Of a DNA stretch of 64,000 nucleotides, positions 17,112 through 26,646 are shown one piece after another; position 1 is the first letter of the stretch, and each line of letters begins with the position of its first letter. The DNA is from a virus: positions 37,721 to 101,720 of IMG/VR virus record IMGVR_UViG_3300031576_000009. One strand, given 5' to 3'. The translations under genes and the position numbers were made by a program. The notes below the pieces were generated by a model. It had not been told where the DNA came from. It worked only from the letters and a program-made list of their open reading frames with translations, and did not search any database.

Positions 17112-17314
17112 CGCGGAATGATCAGAACACCGTTCGTGTCTCGCTTATACACCTCGGAGTCGTCATGGATCAAGGACTTGGGAATCCAGTACCCATGTCC
17201 ATCGATCATGACCCGGATCGCGAGCTGGCTTTCCCCCACACACACCGAATCAGGGAACTCGACGAGCTCATTGCCATCTTCGCGCTTGTCCTCATCCCGA
17301 TTGTAATCTACCAT
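17081..17314 (-). CDS. conserved phage hypothetical protein (WIPKS motif)
   Basis: WIPKSLIHDDSEV...LIIPRWLAEEK. Confidence 0.8.
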   Translation of the reverse strand: MVDYNRDEDKREDGNELVEFPDSVCVGESQLAIRVMIDGHGYWIPKSLIHDDSEVYKRDTNGVLIIPRWLAEEKRLV

Positions 17315-17339
17315 GTTCGCTCCCTGCTGTTAGAAAGGT

Positions 17340-17368
17340 GACGAGTGGAGGCCAATCCTCCACCCGCC
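17340..17368 (-). terminator. terminator-like hairpin
   Basis: GGCGGGTGGAGG/CCTCCACTCGTC 12-bp stem (G-U on minus strand), weak U tail. Confidence 0.5.
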
Positions 17369-17442
17369 GGTCCTGCCGGACTGTTTACCCCAACATACTG
17401 AATGGACTCAAAAGAGACCAGAGTGTGTTGCAGCCGGCAGGA

Positions 17443-17727
17443 TTACTGTCGTGGGATAGGAACCTTCCAGTCCTCCGGGAGATCACGCTCGGGCTGCCCC
17501 GCCTCGATCCACTTGAGCAGATCGTGCTGGGCGTAGGCGGTGGCGATGATCAGGTTCATCGGATTCGAGTTCACGCCGTTCATGTTGGCGCAGACGACGG
17601 CACCCTCGACCGTGATCATCCCCATGGAGATCGCTACGATGTCGCCCATCTCGACCCGCTCCAGGAGGGAGCGGATCATCTGAATCAACTTCGCCCGAGA
17701 CCGCTCCTCTTCCTCCTTGCTAGCCAT
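17443..17727 (-). CDS. hypothetical protein
   Basis: GGAGG RBS; start re-called at MASKEE. Confidence 0.7.
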   Translation of the reverse strand: MASKEEEERSRAKLIQMIRSLLERVEMGDIVAISMGMITVEGAVVCANMNGVNSNPMNLIIATAYAQHDLLKWIEAGQPERDLPEDWKVPIPRQ

Positions 17728-18319
17728 GTACCACATCCTCCAGGTTCGGCGCAGCAGCCTGATCGATCCAGGCCCGCCAATCCCAGTAGTACAGAATCTC
17801 TTCGATACGTGTCGCGACCCGCACGTGCGGGCGCATGCGCGTGGACCACTCTGCATCCTCACCGGCGTTCAGCGCCTTGAAGGGCTCTCGTAGGGCGAGC
17901 TCCCGGCGCCAGACGCTCGTGTGTTGCGGTACTTCTCCCGTCTTGGTGTTGAAGTCGTAGCGTGTGATCGCTGGCTCCTGGTACTTCCCCCGTCCGTCCG
18001 GCAACCACTCCTGGCTCTGCATAGTGATGCCGCACACGTCGACCGCCATCGTCGAGACCTTGTTGCGGATCAGCTCCACGTAGTTCGGCGCGACATGATC
18101 ATCATCGTCGATGAAGGAGATGTAGTATCCCTTCGCAAGCTGGACCAGAGCGTTCCGCTTCGAGCCGATCGAGCGCTTCTGGTTGTCGAAAAGCATCAGG
18201 ACCTCGACCTCGGGATACGCACTCGCCTGCTGACAAAGGTCGCGCATCAGCTTCGGCATGTACAGCTCCAACCGATTCGGGATGCTGCACACCAGGATCG
18301 ACCAAAGGATGTTCATCAT
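17720..18319 (-). CDS. glycosyltransferase family 2
   Basis: WSILV, IGSKRNALV, GYYISFIDDDD, GED. Confidence 0.9.
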   Translation of the reverse strand: MMNILWSILVCSIPNRLELYMPKLMRDLCQQASAYPEVEVLMLFDNQKRSIGSKRNALVQLAKGYYISFIDDDDHVAPNYVELIRNKVSTMAVDVCGITMQSQEWLPDGRGKYQEPAITRYDFNTKTGEVPQHTSVWRRELALREPFKALNAGEDAEWSTRMRPHVRVATRIEEILYYWDWRAWIDQAAAPNLEDVVHG

Positions 18320-19518
18320 GGAGTCAGCGGCTTCGTGAGGTACTGCGCGCCCGTGTAGGCGTAACAGTCGGCGATCTTTTCGGTACACCCACGGCAGGGC
18401 AGCCGTCCTTTGAAGTTCGACCAGAAGTTCGCGACGAAGTGCCAAAACTGGTGCTCACCATTCCGGCGCACACTACAGCCCCAGAGTCCGAGCTTCTGCG
18501 CTTCGTCCCAACGCTCGTGCGCGATGTGCTGACGCGTCGAGATCGGACACTTCTGCGCGACTGGGACCTTCTTGTGCCACTTCCCACTGAACGGATCGAT
18601 GTGTCGACAGTGCCGCTCTCGTTCACACTGCTCGGGCGTCATCCCCACCTTGCACGCGAAGTCTTCGTACATCATGTGTCGCGCGTGTACTGCTGGGCGC
18701 AACAATCCGGCGTAGAAGATCGGCGCAGGAGCTGGCCCCTGCCCACAGTTGGCGAGATGTTGCTGGTGATGCACCTGGTCGGTCGCTTCGAGGAGGGCAA
18801 GATCGTTCGCGTCGAGCTTCGAGGGACACTTGATCCGTGCGTCGATCTTCCCCACCTGATTGGCGCCCGGTCCTGTACTCGCATAAACCTTCGGCCGCTT
18901 CGGTGAGATCACGAAGGCGGCGGGCCACTCACAGCGCTTGATTCCATCCGTTCCGGTCACGACCCGATGATCGAGGAAGTCCCGCTGATCGTCAGTGAGC
19001 GGGTAGGCCGCACAGGCTCGCTTTGCTGCATCGTTCATTGTGGACGTGTTGCTCATGATCGTGTGCGCGGTACGGATACGAAAGTAGAGCGTCGCCGCCG
19101 CCTGGAGGGTGACCACCCAATCGTCGAGACAGGCTGGCGCTGCACTTAGTTCGCACCCACACCCACAGGGGTCCTTGTACGGCTTGCAACAGTCGAAGCG
19201 GGTCTCGACCTCGGTGACGAAGCCGTCGAACTTGCTGACAGGGAATGAGCTCGCACACGCAGGGATCGACTGGCAGTACTCCATGAGCTCGAAGACGTAG
19301 ACCATCTCCATCTGGACCACGAGGTCCATCTCGGTCTGCGACATCTGCCGATCCTGGATGAACTTCAGGATGGTGTCGTCCGACACGAACCGGTGCGCCA
19401 TGTCCCGTCCGTTGGGACGACAGGCACCCTTTGGATTGCAGTAGGAGTTGTACTGTGCGTTCGCAGTACCGATGCTCATCATGCAGATCAGTACTGCCAC
19501 GATCGCCCTCATTGTCAT
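18316..19518 (-). CDS. secreted Cys-rich protein (~400 aa)
   Basis: Signal MTMRAIVAVLICMMSIGTANA|Q; more than 20 Cys. Confidence 0.75.
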   Translation of the reverse strand: MTMRAIVAVLICMMSIGTANAQYNSYCNPKGACRPNGRDMAHRFVSDDTILKFIQDRQMSQTEMDLVVQMEMVYVFELMEYCQSIPACASSFPVSKFDGFVTEVETRFDCCKPYKDPCGCGCELSAAPACLDDWVVTLQAAATLYFRIRTAHTIMSNTSTMNDAAKRACAAYPLTDDQRDFLDHRVVTGTDGIKRCEWPAAFVISPKRPKVYASTGPGANQVGKIDARIKCPSKLDANDLALLEATDQVHHQQHLANCGQGPAPAPIFYAGLLRPAVHARHMMYEDFACKVGMTPEQCERERHCRHIDPFSGKWHKKVPVAQKCPISTRQHIAHERWDEAQKLGLWGCSVRRNGEHQFWHFVANFWSNFKGRLPCRGCTEKIADCYAYTGAQYLTKPLTP

Positions 19519-19685
19519 TCCTCTCCTGCCACCGGGAGCTTGTGGAAGTACTTGTTCCAGTACTCCTGTTGCGCGACGCGTGTCTGCAGGCTGATCCCCC
19601 AAGAGATCAGCCCTGTGAGAAAGCCGAGGATCGCGAGGATCGGCGTCACGTACGACAACCACTTGGGCATTCCATCTTTGGCCAT
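19515..19685 (-). CDS. small single-TM protein
   Basis: MAKDGMPKW...ILAILGFLTGLISWGI; coupled overlaps. Confidence 0.65.
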   Translation of the reverse strand: MAKDGMPKWLSYVTPILAILGFLTGLISWGISLQTRVAQQEYWNKYFHKLPVAGEE

Positions 19686-19954
19686 CAGAACCTCTGTACA
19701 GTTCCGCAGTTCGGGCAGTACATCCCGCCCGGGGTGACGAAGAATAGATCGCAGCCACAATGGCAGGTCCAGTGCTCTGCCTTTTCGATCTCGCAATAGT
19801 TCACGTAGCGACCTCGCAGCAGCAAGCAGCTTGGACATGCCAGCCAGACTGTACCGACTGGCGAGACGGCCGCCCACTGGTGCTGGCAGGACAGACAGCG
19901 CGCTGTACCAGAGAGGTGTGGACGCTGCGCATCGAGATAGACAACCTTCCCCAT
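19685..19954 (-). CDS. multi-CxxC zinc-ribbon protein
   Basis: CLSC, CPSC, CHCGC, CPNC. Confidence 0.75.
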   Translation of the reverse strand: MGKVVYLDAQRPHLSGTARCLSCQHQWAAVSPVGTVWLACPSCLLLRGRYVNYCEIEKAEHWTCHCGCDLFFVTPGGMYCPNCGTVQRF

Positions 19955-20136
19955 CAGGAGTCGAGGACTTGATTGGGGGCTGGGCGGCATTCGTGAATGT
20001 CCATCCAACCGATCACCTCGGGGGGCGCCTGCTTGGTCTTCGCGACCTCTGCGAAGTACTGCGACAGTTTCAGGAAGCCGTCGACCTCGTCCTCGGCGAA
20101 GAAGTGGAAGTCACCACAAAAGTGTACGCGGATCAT
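19954..20136 (-). CDS. hypothetical protein
   Basis: Coupled overlaps both sides; start re-called at MIRVHF. Confidence 0.6.
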   Translation of the reverse strand: MIRVHFCGDFHFFAEDEVDGFLKLSQYFAEVAKTKQAPPEVIGWMDIHECRPAPNQVLDS

Positions 20137-21425
20137 CGTCCCAGCCTCAGCACTTCGATGTCGTCGGACCAGTCGCACATCACTCCCCAGGGATCGATCA
20201 CGACCGAGCCCTTCGGATAGGCAGACTCCAGGAAGAGACGATGCGGCATGGCGAGGACGTAGATCGCCGGCTTGTAGTAGCACTTGTCGTTGAACAAGTA
20301 GTACTTGTTGTGCCCCTCCACGTACGGATCGAAGAGCTCAGCATGGATGCCACGCTCACGGAGTAGCTCGTTCAGCAACAGGCTAGAACTGCCCACGGTG
20401 AGCCCGATGTCGGGCTTGTAGGCAAGCCCCAAGATCACCACCGGGAGCTCGGTGCGATCCACCGTCTGGGCCACGATGTTCGCGAGCCAATCAGTCTGCC
20501 GCTCCCGCGCCTTCATGATCGCATCGAAGAGGTCGAAGGAGAGATGATGCGTCCGCGCGAGGTAGCTCATCGCGATGTTGTCGCGCGGGTGGCAGCCCCC
20601 GCCGTCCCCCATGCCCGCCTTCAGATAGCGATCGCTGATCACCCGCGCAGTGGCCTGGCCGAGCACGTACGTGACCCGGTCGACGTTACCCCCGATCTTG
20701 TGAGTGATCTCCCGCAAGGTGTTCGCGAACACGATCTTCATGCCGATGAACGTGTTGTATGCGACCTTGGTGAGCTCCGCTTCCTCGATGCCCATCGTGA
20801 ACGTTGGAACACGATCAACCCCGTAAATCTTCGCGTAGAAGTCGTAATAGAAACGGCAGATTGGTTGCGGTGTGAGGTTTGGATCGTCGGTCCCGATCAG
20901 CACGAACTCGGGAAACAGGAAGTCCGGGATCGTCGTCCCCATCGCGATGAAGAACGGGTTGTAGACAGTCTCGATCCCACGATCCTGAAGGATGGGCAGA
21001 ATCTCGCGCCGTATGGTGCCCGGGAGCACCGTCGAGATAACCGCCACCATGGGCGAGACGGTATGCTTCCGTGCCGCCTCGGCGATCTGCAGCGCGGCCA
21101 CCTTCAGGAACGTGTAGTCGAAGTCTTCTCGATCGTGCGGCAGCCGCGAGATGCCCTCGAACTTCTCCTTGTGCGGCGTTTGTACCGCCACGAAGACGAG
21201 ATCACTCTGAGCAACGACATCAGCCACGGCAGGGACGACGTGGATGGTATCCCCATGCTCCAGGTACTCGTTCATCAGCGCTTCCTGGAAGGGGATGTGC
21301 TTGGCTCGCAAGTACTCCTGGACGGCCGTGTTGGTATCCGTCCCGATGACGGCGTAGCCCTCGTGCGCGATCGCCAGCGCACACGGGAGGCCCAGCTTCC
21401 CCAACCCAATGAATCCGATGTTCAC
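20133..21425 (-). CDS. UDP-glucose/GDP-mannose dehydrogenase family protein
   Basis: GLGKLG Rossmann motif, FVAVQTP, STVLPG, AELTKVAYN, GGGCHPRD catalytic Cys, LGLAYKP. Confidence 0.95.
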   Translation of the reverse strand: MNIGFIGLGKLGLPCALAIAHEGYAVIGTDTNTAVQEYLRAKHIPFQEALMNEYLEHGDTIHVVPAVADVVAQSDLVFVAVQTPHKEKFEGISRLPHDREDFDYTFLKVAALQIAEAARKHTVSPMVAVISTVLPGTIRREILPILQDRGIETVYNPFFIAMGTTIPDFLFPEFVLIGTDDPNLTPQPICRFYYDFYAKIYGVDRVPTFTMGIEEAELTKVAYNTFIGMKIVFANTLREITHKIGGNVDRVTYVLGQATARVISDRYLKAGMGDGGGCHPRDNIAMSYLARTHHLSFDLFDAIMKARERQTDWLANIVAQTVDRTELPVVILGLAYKPDIGLTVGSSSLLLNELLRERGIHAELFDPYVEGHNKYYLFNDKCYYKPAIYVLAMPHRLFLESAYPKGSVVIDPWGVMCDWSDDIEVLRLGR

Positions 21426-21622
21426 GGTGCCTCCCGTGCGACGGACTCGGTCACGACCATCCGAAAGCGGGACCAGTCGTTATGCCTGAGCTTCTGTACC
21501 TCCGCATCGATCGTCGCCGCGAGCATGTTGAGATCGTGCTGCCCGAGCTTGATCTCCTTCGCACCCTGGAGGATGCCGCGACTCCGTAGGAATACCTGCA
21601 AGATGCTCTGCCCGATCTTCAT
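21422..21622 (-). CDS. hypothetical protein
   Basis: Coupled overlaps. Confidence 0.65.
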   Translation of the reverse strand: MKIGQSILQVFLRSRGILQGAKEIKLGQHDLNMLAATIDAEVQKLRHNDWSRFRMVVTESVAREAP

Positions 21623-22242
21623 ATGGCCTCCTGTACGGAACGCCAGTCTGCTTGCATCTTAGCGAGCGTCCCGACGCGATCGCGCGTGTAGTGGTGATGG
21701 ATGATGTGCGCCGCGCTCTTCGGAATCTCGTTGCGCACCTGCGGAGACCAGTTCATGGCGTTCTCCAACACCGGTTGAAAGCGCTGGCGGTAGAAGGTCT
21801 CGTTCAAGATGCGCTGAGTGGCACCCCAGTCGTCGCCATCATCGACGCGGGCGAGCTCACTCAGCATGTAATGCATCACGTCTGCTTCGGTACTCCGCCC
21901 CACGTAGACCACACCCCCATTCAGAAGCGGCTCAGGATCGGTGTACCAGAACAACTGCATCCCGAGACGGCTGAACATGGGCGTCGGCTTCACGCAGATC
22001 ACATCAGGCGAAACGATCAGGACGTTGTGCCCGTGCTTCCAGAGCTCAGCGACCCGACGGAACTGATGCTCGATGGCCCGGTGCCAGGAGCGCGGTGGGG
22101 CATCACGCAGGGTCCCGACCAGCAGGAACTCCCAGTCCCCGAGGAGGAAGCGTCGGAAGCTGTCCATGCAGACCAGGCGCATCTGGTCGAGGCGCTCCTT
22201 CGGGTCGTCGAAGGTGAACCGTTCGAGCATGACGAAGTTCAT
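21619..22242 (-). CDS. putative nucleotide-diphospho-sugar transferase (GT-A; degenerate DxD)
   Basis: NVLIVSPDV, LNGGVVY, Q-ILN, N, IIHHH pattern. Confidence 0.7.
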   Translation of the reverse strand: MNFVMLERFTFDDPKERLDQMRLVCMDSFRRFLLGDWEFLLVGTLRDAPPRSWHRAIEHQFRRVAELWKHGHNVLIVSPDVICVKPTPMFSRLGMQLFWYTDPEPLLNGGVVYVGRSTEADVMHYMLSELARVDDGDDWGATQRILNETFYRQRFQPVLENAMNWSPQVRNEIPKSAAHIIHHHYTRDRVGTLAKMQADWRSVQEAI

Positions 22243-22427
22243 GACTTCACCAGCTCGGCATCCACATTAACGAAGGCATAGAAATCGACATGCGATCCGT
22301 CGCTCAGCTGTAGGCGGTGGAGATGTCGCTTCGGGACAATGGCTTCGACCACAATGCCGATAGCCTGACCAACCCGCATCTTGTCTTCTGGATTGGTGAT
22401 GGTCTTATAGAGCTTCTCCAGCGTCAT
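22239..22427 (-). CDS. hypothetical protein
   Basis: ATGA coupling. Confidence 0.6.
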   Translation of the reverse strand: MTLEKLYKTITNPEDKMRVGQAIGIVVEAIVPKRHLHRLQLSDGSHVDFYAFVNVDAELVKS

Positions 22428-23209
22428 CGACGCACCAGCGTGGTGAATAGGTATCGATCGTCGTAGGTGATGTAGTCGCAGGACCTGACCCGGAGGAAGT
22501 CTCCGAAGCGGTGTTGGAGCTTGTCGGCGTTGTACCAGTCCGCATAGTGCCCCACGGAATCGAAGGCCCGCACGAAGCGGCTGAACGCTGGGTGATCACG
22601 CACATCGTCCTCGACGGGCGGCACGGGGGCTTCCGCATACTTCGCCCACCCACGATCCGAGTACAGCATCAATCGGATTTCGCTCTCTTCGTCCAGGTAG
22701 TTCTTGGCAACGAACCGCAACAGGTCCGCGGCATAGGGGAAGTGATGCAGGACACCTGAGGCGTGGAAGATCGAGCAAGTTGTACTGATACTGCTGAAGA
22801 ATGGGGCCTTCTGCCCTAACGCCATCTCCCGCACGAGGAGGCTTTCGAGTGGCTGCCACCCGTAGACGGCGAAGACACGACGAGCCAGGTACAGCGTGTC
22901 CTGCCTGATGTCGGCCTGTACGACCCGGTGCCCGTGCAGGCGGTACTCCAGGCCCTCGATACCGATTCCGCAGCCGAAGTCCAGGACCCAGTTCCGCGGC
23001 TCGTCATCGTAGTGCGCATGCCACACCCACTTGTTCTCCCAGTTTCGCCACCCGTGCGGATTGAAGCGTGTCTGACGCATCCGCTCCACACGTTCCCAGA
23101 GCTGGTTCGGGTGGAGTGCAGCGAGCTCGGCAGGCAAGAAGTACCCTTCATCGTCGATCGGGACGCGGGACCACTCTGCGACGTGGTCTACGAAGCTGTA
23201 CTCGGTCAT
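22424..23209 (-). CDS. class I SAM-dependent methyltransferase
   Basis: VLDFGCGIG, ADI, GVLHH; start re-called at MTEYSF. Confidence 0.85.
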   Translation of the reverse strand: MTEYSFVDHVAEWSRVPIDDEGYFLPAELAALHPNQLWERVERMRQTRFNPHGWRNWENKWVWHAHYDDEPRNWVLDFGCGIGIEGLEYRLHGHRVVQADIRQDTLYLARRVFAVYGWQPLESLLVREMALGQKAPFFSSISTTCSIFHASGVLHHFPYAADLLRFVAKNYLDEESEIRLMLYSDRGWAKYAEAPVPPVEDDVRDHPAFSRFVRAFDSVGHYADWYNADKLQHRFGDFLRVRSCDYITYDDRYLFTTLVRR

Positions 23210-23973
23210 GTTGGGGTACTTCCGTACTTCCGCTTTAACTCTTCCCCCCGAGCGGCTTCCTGCTGCTTGATGAACGACTGGAGCTTCTCCGCATCGGCTC
23301 GACGCAGTGGTGCAGTACTGTGCCACTTCTCATCGATGCGGAACTGCACCCGACGGGCACGTTGTTCATCATGCGTGGCGTCCCGAGGTGACTTCCCGCT
23401 GGACGCATGCAGGTGCTCGGTTTCGAGGTCCGGAATGAAGTGCTTGCGCCCGATGATCTCCGAGACCTCGTGCAGCCAGGAGTCGTTGCAATCGGCCTCG
23501 AAGAGGGGCGGCACGAAGTATCCGACCGTATCCACCCAGTGTTTGTGGATCGCGCCATGGGTCCCGAGCGCTTCGTTCTGGATGCTGTCACGCCCGTACA
23601 CGAATGCGATCCGGTCCGGGTACAAGTAGAAGGCTTCGCGCAGCATCTCGTCCCATCGTGGGGAACGGAAGACGAGATCGTCGGCCCCCATCATGAAGAT
23701 TTCCGCCTGTGCGTGGGCAGCACCCCAGCACTCGTTCCAGAGGTTGCTGAGACAGAGATCGCGCGGACCGACCAGGAGCGTGAACGCCGGTATCTGCCGC
23801 GGGCCAAGGACGGCTTCGAGCTCGCGATAGCCCCCGAGCTGCTCGTCATCCAGATCGACCCTGGCGATGATCTCACACTTGTCGGGACGGACGGCGTGAT
23901 GGAACGCGCTGTCGTAGAAGCGCAGCAGGTCCATCGGCCGTCCACGAGAGGGAGCGAGGAGTGCGATCCTCAT
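23206..23973 (-). CDS. GT-A fold glycosyltransferase
   Basis: LLAPSRGRP, VDLDD, MGADD, WD, EHLH. Confidence 0.85.
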   Translation of the reverse strand: MRIALLAPSRGRPMDLLRFYDSAFHHAVRPDKCEIIARVDLDDEQLGGYRELEAVLGPRQIPAFTLLVGPRDLCLSNLWNECWGAAHAQAEIFMMGADDLVFRSPRWDEMLREAFYLYPDRIAFVYGRDSIQNEALGTHGAIHKHWVDTVGYFVPPLFEADCNDSWLHEVSEIIGRKHFIPDLETEHLHASSGKSPRDATHDEQRARRVQFRIDEKWHSTAPLRRADAEKLQSFIKQQEAARGEELKRKYGSTPT

Positions 23974-24228
23974 TGCTTCACCGGCACGTTCTGGTCGACA
24001 GCAAGGGCATCGAGCATATCGTCATCGTACCCTCCTTGGTGTTCTCAGGCGTGGCCTGGTGTTTCACTGGGCAAGGAGGGCTCTATGCACAGAGCCAAAA
24101 CCCCCGTTGCAGCATCTCGCTGCACACCATAGCCAGGCCACGCCCAAGCCTATTGTACGAGTACTTTGTCCTTCTCCAAGGCTTCTCCAATCGCGGCAGG
24201 GACTCACGAAGCGCCTCCTCGATCTTCG

Positions 24229-24873
24229 TCAGTCCAGGCCCGGCATCTGGTACCGGTACAGGTCCTCGTCCAGGTAGACGTAGGTGTTCACCATCATCTC
24301 CGTCTCCAGTTGCCACTGCAGTTCCTCCATCCGGCTCATGTCGGAGAAGAGGGCGTTCCGTACGAGTGCACGCTGCCACACCGACGTATGTTGCGGACGC
24401 TTCCACTGGACGCCAGGAAAGCGCTCTTCCGTCTGTTGTTGCCGCCAGCGTGGATGGTATCGGTACCGCAGCTCGTTGTTCGTGAGCAGCCGAGGCCCAA
24501 CGAGGTTGAAGCAGACGAGGTCGACGCCTGGGTGATCGCGCAGCGCGCGGTGGATGAGGCGGACGTACTGGTCCGTGACATCGTCATCGTCGTCTACGAA
24601 TGAGATGTACTCGCCGCGGGCACAATTCACAAGCCGATTGCGCTTCGCGCCCGTGCTCATCCGTTGGTTGTCGTACAACAGCTGCACTTCGACATCACGA
24701 AATCCGGCAGAAAGCTCGCACAACTTGTGGAACACCGGCATGCGAGCACCCTGGTCCATGCGCTGCGGAAGACCGCAGAGGAGAATCGACCAGCGCATGG
24801 ACACCAACTCCTTCGGCTGCACCGCTGCGCGCGGGAAGCCGGCACCCAGATCGAAGACGACACCCTTACTCAT
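24229..24873 (-). CDS. glycosyltransferase family 2 (paralog of 17720-18319)
   Basis: WSILL, GAKRNRLV, GEYISFVDDDD, PQHTSVW. Confidence 0.9.
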   Translation of the reverse strand: MSKGVVFDLGAGFPRAAVQPKELVSMRWSILLCGLPQRMDQGARMPVFHKLCELSAGFRDVEVQLLYDNQRMSTGAKRNRLVNCARGEYISFVDDDDDVTDQYVRLIHRALRDHPGVDLVCFNLVGPRLLTNNELRYRYHPRWRQQQTEERFPGVQWKRPQHTSVWQRALVRNALFSDMSRMEELQWQLETEMMVNTYVYLDEDLYRYQMPGLD

Positions 24874-25207
24874 GACGGAGCAGGCGGCCGATGATCCCAA
24901 GGTGGTGTGAGCGGCGAATCCTGGCCAGGCTCTCAAAGTACTCGGCACGTGTCCACCCCACCCAACAACGTGCCCGCTCTGTTTCGAGTTCCTCCGCCAT
25001 GATCTTGATCAACTCACGGATGTCGCTGGCCAGCGTCGACAAGAGACGCATGTCTCCCCAAACATCCCTGTCGAACTCGGTCAGGCACAACATCGCGTCC
25101 TGCACACTGATCGGCTCACGTTCAGGTCTGGCCTCCTCGTGCGGAGGACGATTCGGGGTGCCGCTTGCAGGCGGGGCACTTCCCGTCCCCGGTCGCGTGC
25201 AGCTCAT
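24866..25207 (-). CDS. hypothetical protein
   Basis: GGAGGAG RBS; start re-called at MSCTRP. Confidence 0.6.
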   Translation of the reverse strand: MSCTRPGTGSAPPASGTPNRPPHEEARPEREPISVQDAMLCLTEFDRDVWGDMRLLSTLASDIRELIKIMAEELETERARCWVGWTRAEYFESLARIRRSHHLGIIGRLLRHE

Positions 25208-25236
25208 GTATACTCCTCCCGACGACGTACTAGTAC

Positions 25237-26622
25237 CTATTGGCATACACCGCGGACCTGCCATCGATTCGGCCGGACGCACACGCGAGAGCAACAGCCT
25301 TTCTTGCGCATGCACCGACTCCCTGGTCCCTTGCAGTTGGCCAGCGTCGTCGTGGTCGTTGTCGTGGTGGATGGAACACTGGTAGTCGGGGGATGCGTGG
25401 TCGTGGTTGGGACGATGGTTGTGGTGGGTGGGCTGGTCGTTGTGGAGGGACGCGTCGTGGTGGACGACGCGGTGATCGGAGTCAGGCAGTGTACCGCCGA
25501 CACTTCCCGAAGAACATGACCGACGACGGCCGGCATGAAGAGGAGATCGATGTTGCTGAGCCCACCGGGGCAGAGGTGACAGTAGGACATGATCGCCCCC
25601 CGCGAGCAAGCGACCGATCCCGAGTAACAACCCTGTTCCCTGTTGTAGCAGGCGTTGAGCGGTGGACTGTAGCAGTGCTCGTGTTCACTGCCGAAGTTGT
25701 GTCCGAGCTCGTGGGCGACGACCATCACGTCCCAGATCGCCCGAGGATCAGAGAGGTCGAACGTTCCCCCCAACTGGACCACGGAGTAGCCGTACTGCAG
25801 ATCACAGAGCGCATTGAGCCAGGCGATCCCGCCCGTGACCGTCTTTCCAGAAAGGAACTGCGTCGTGGCACGGGGTACGGTGGTCAACCCGTGGCTCGGC
25901 GTGGTCCAGTACGACTGCACTTCATCGAGAGCATCACTCGTGCTCGTGGCCGTCCACGGATCACTTGTGGTGGCCCAGAGCTTCAGGTAGCCGATCTGCA
26001 ACGTCACGCCGATGTCCCGCTGGTAGAAGCTCGATACGGCAGCGAAGAGGGCACCGATGTAGTCGCGGGTCTCTTCATCGGTTCCGAACTTCACCCAGAG
26101 CTCGTGATCCGTCTCGATGGCGATCGTCGCGGTCGCTGGCACGGTCACGGCGAGGGTAGGAAGACGATGGGGACGTGGAGGCGGTGTGCGCACATCGTTC
26201 TCCAACGAGAACCCCGGTGGCGGATGATCGAGATCGCGCTGGTAGAAGCGTCCAGTCCGTCCAGCGCCGATCAACGACATGATCCCACGAGAAAGGGCAA
26301 ACCCTCCGACACGTCCCCGCTGCCGATCGACGGTGGCAATGAGCAAGGAGGCCGGATCATTCGTGAGGCGCCCACGGTAGTAGCGCATGGTGGGCACGGG
26401 CAGCGTAGCGATCCCCATGTCGCGCTGTACGACGATCTGGGCGTTGGGAGCGAAGGGCGCGATGGGCTCGACGATCGCCTCCTGCTCGATACCGTCCAGC
26501 TGCACCACGATCCTGGTGGGTACGGAGGGGACGAGCAGCCTGCTCCCACGGTCGACCGGCCAGGGCTGGGCGAGGGCAACGGTGGCCCCCCACAAGAGTA
26601 CCAGAACACTTCGTCCAATCAT
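25237..26622 (-). CDS. secreted M12B/reprolysin-like zinc metalloprotease with Thr-rich linker and Cys-knot-like tail
   Basis: Signal peptide; AIETDHE; HELGHNFGSEH; Met-turn IMSYCH. Confidence 0.9.
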   Translation of the reverse strand: MIGRSVLVLLWGATVALAQPWPVDRGSRLLVPSVPTRIVVQLDGIEQEAIVEPIAPFAPNAQIVVQRDMGIATLPVPTMRYYRGRLTNDPASLLIATVDRQRGRVGGFALSRGIMSLIGAGRTGRFYQRDLDHPPPGFSLENDVRTPPPRPHRLPTLAVTVPATATIAIETDHELWVKFGTDEETRDYIGALFAAVSSFYQRDIGVTLQIGYLKLWATTSDPWTATSTSDALDEVQSYWTTPSHGLTTVPRATTQFLSGKTVTGGIAWLNALCDLQYGYSVVQLGGTFDLSDPRAIWDVMVVAHELGHNFGSEHEHCYSPPLNACYNREQGCYSGSVACSRGAIMSYCHLCPGGLSNIDLLFMPAVVGHVLREVSAVHCLTPITASSTTTRPSTTTSPPTTTIVPTTTTHPPTTSVPSTTTTTTTTLANCKGPGSRCMRKKGCCSRVCVRPNRWQVRGVCQ

Positions 26623-26646
26623 GACATACTCCTCCGTGTTTGCTGC

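Noticed and set aside
23970-24229. Small gene between two glycosyltransferases
   Set aside because: No frame gives a convincing coupled ORF; left uncalled.
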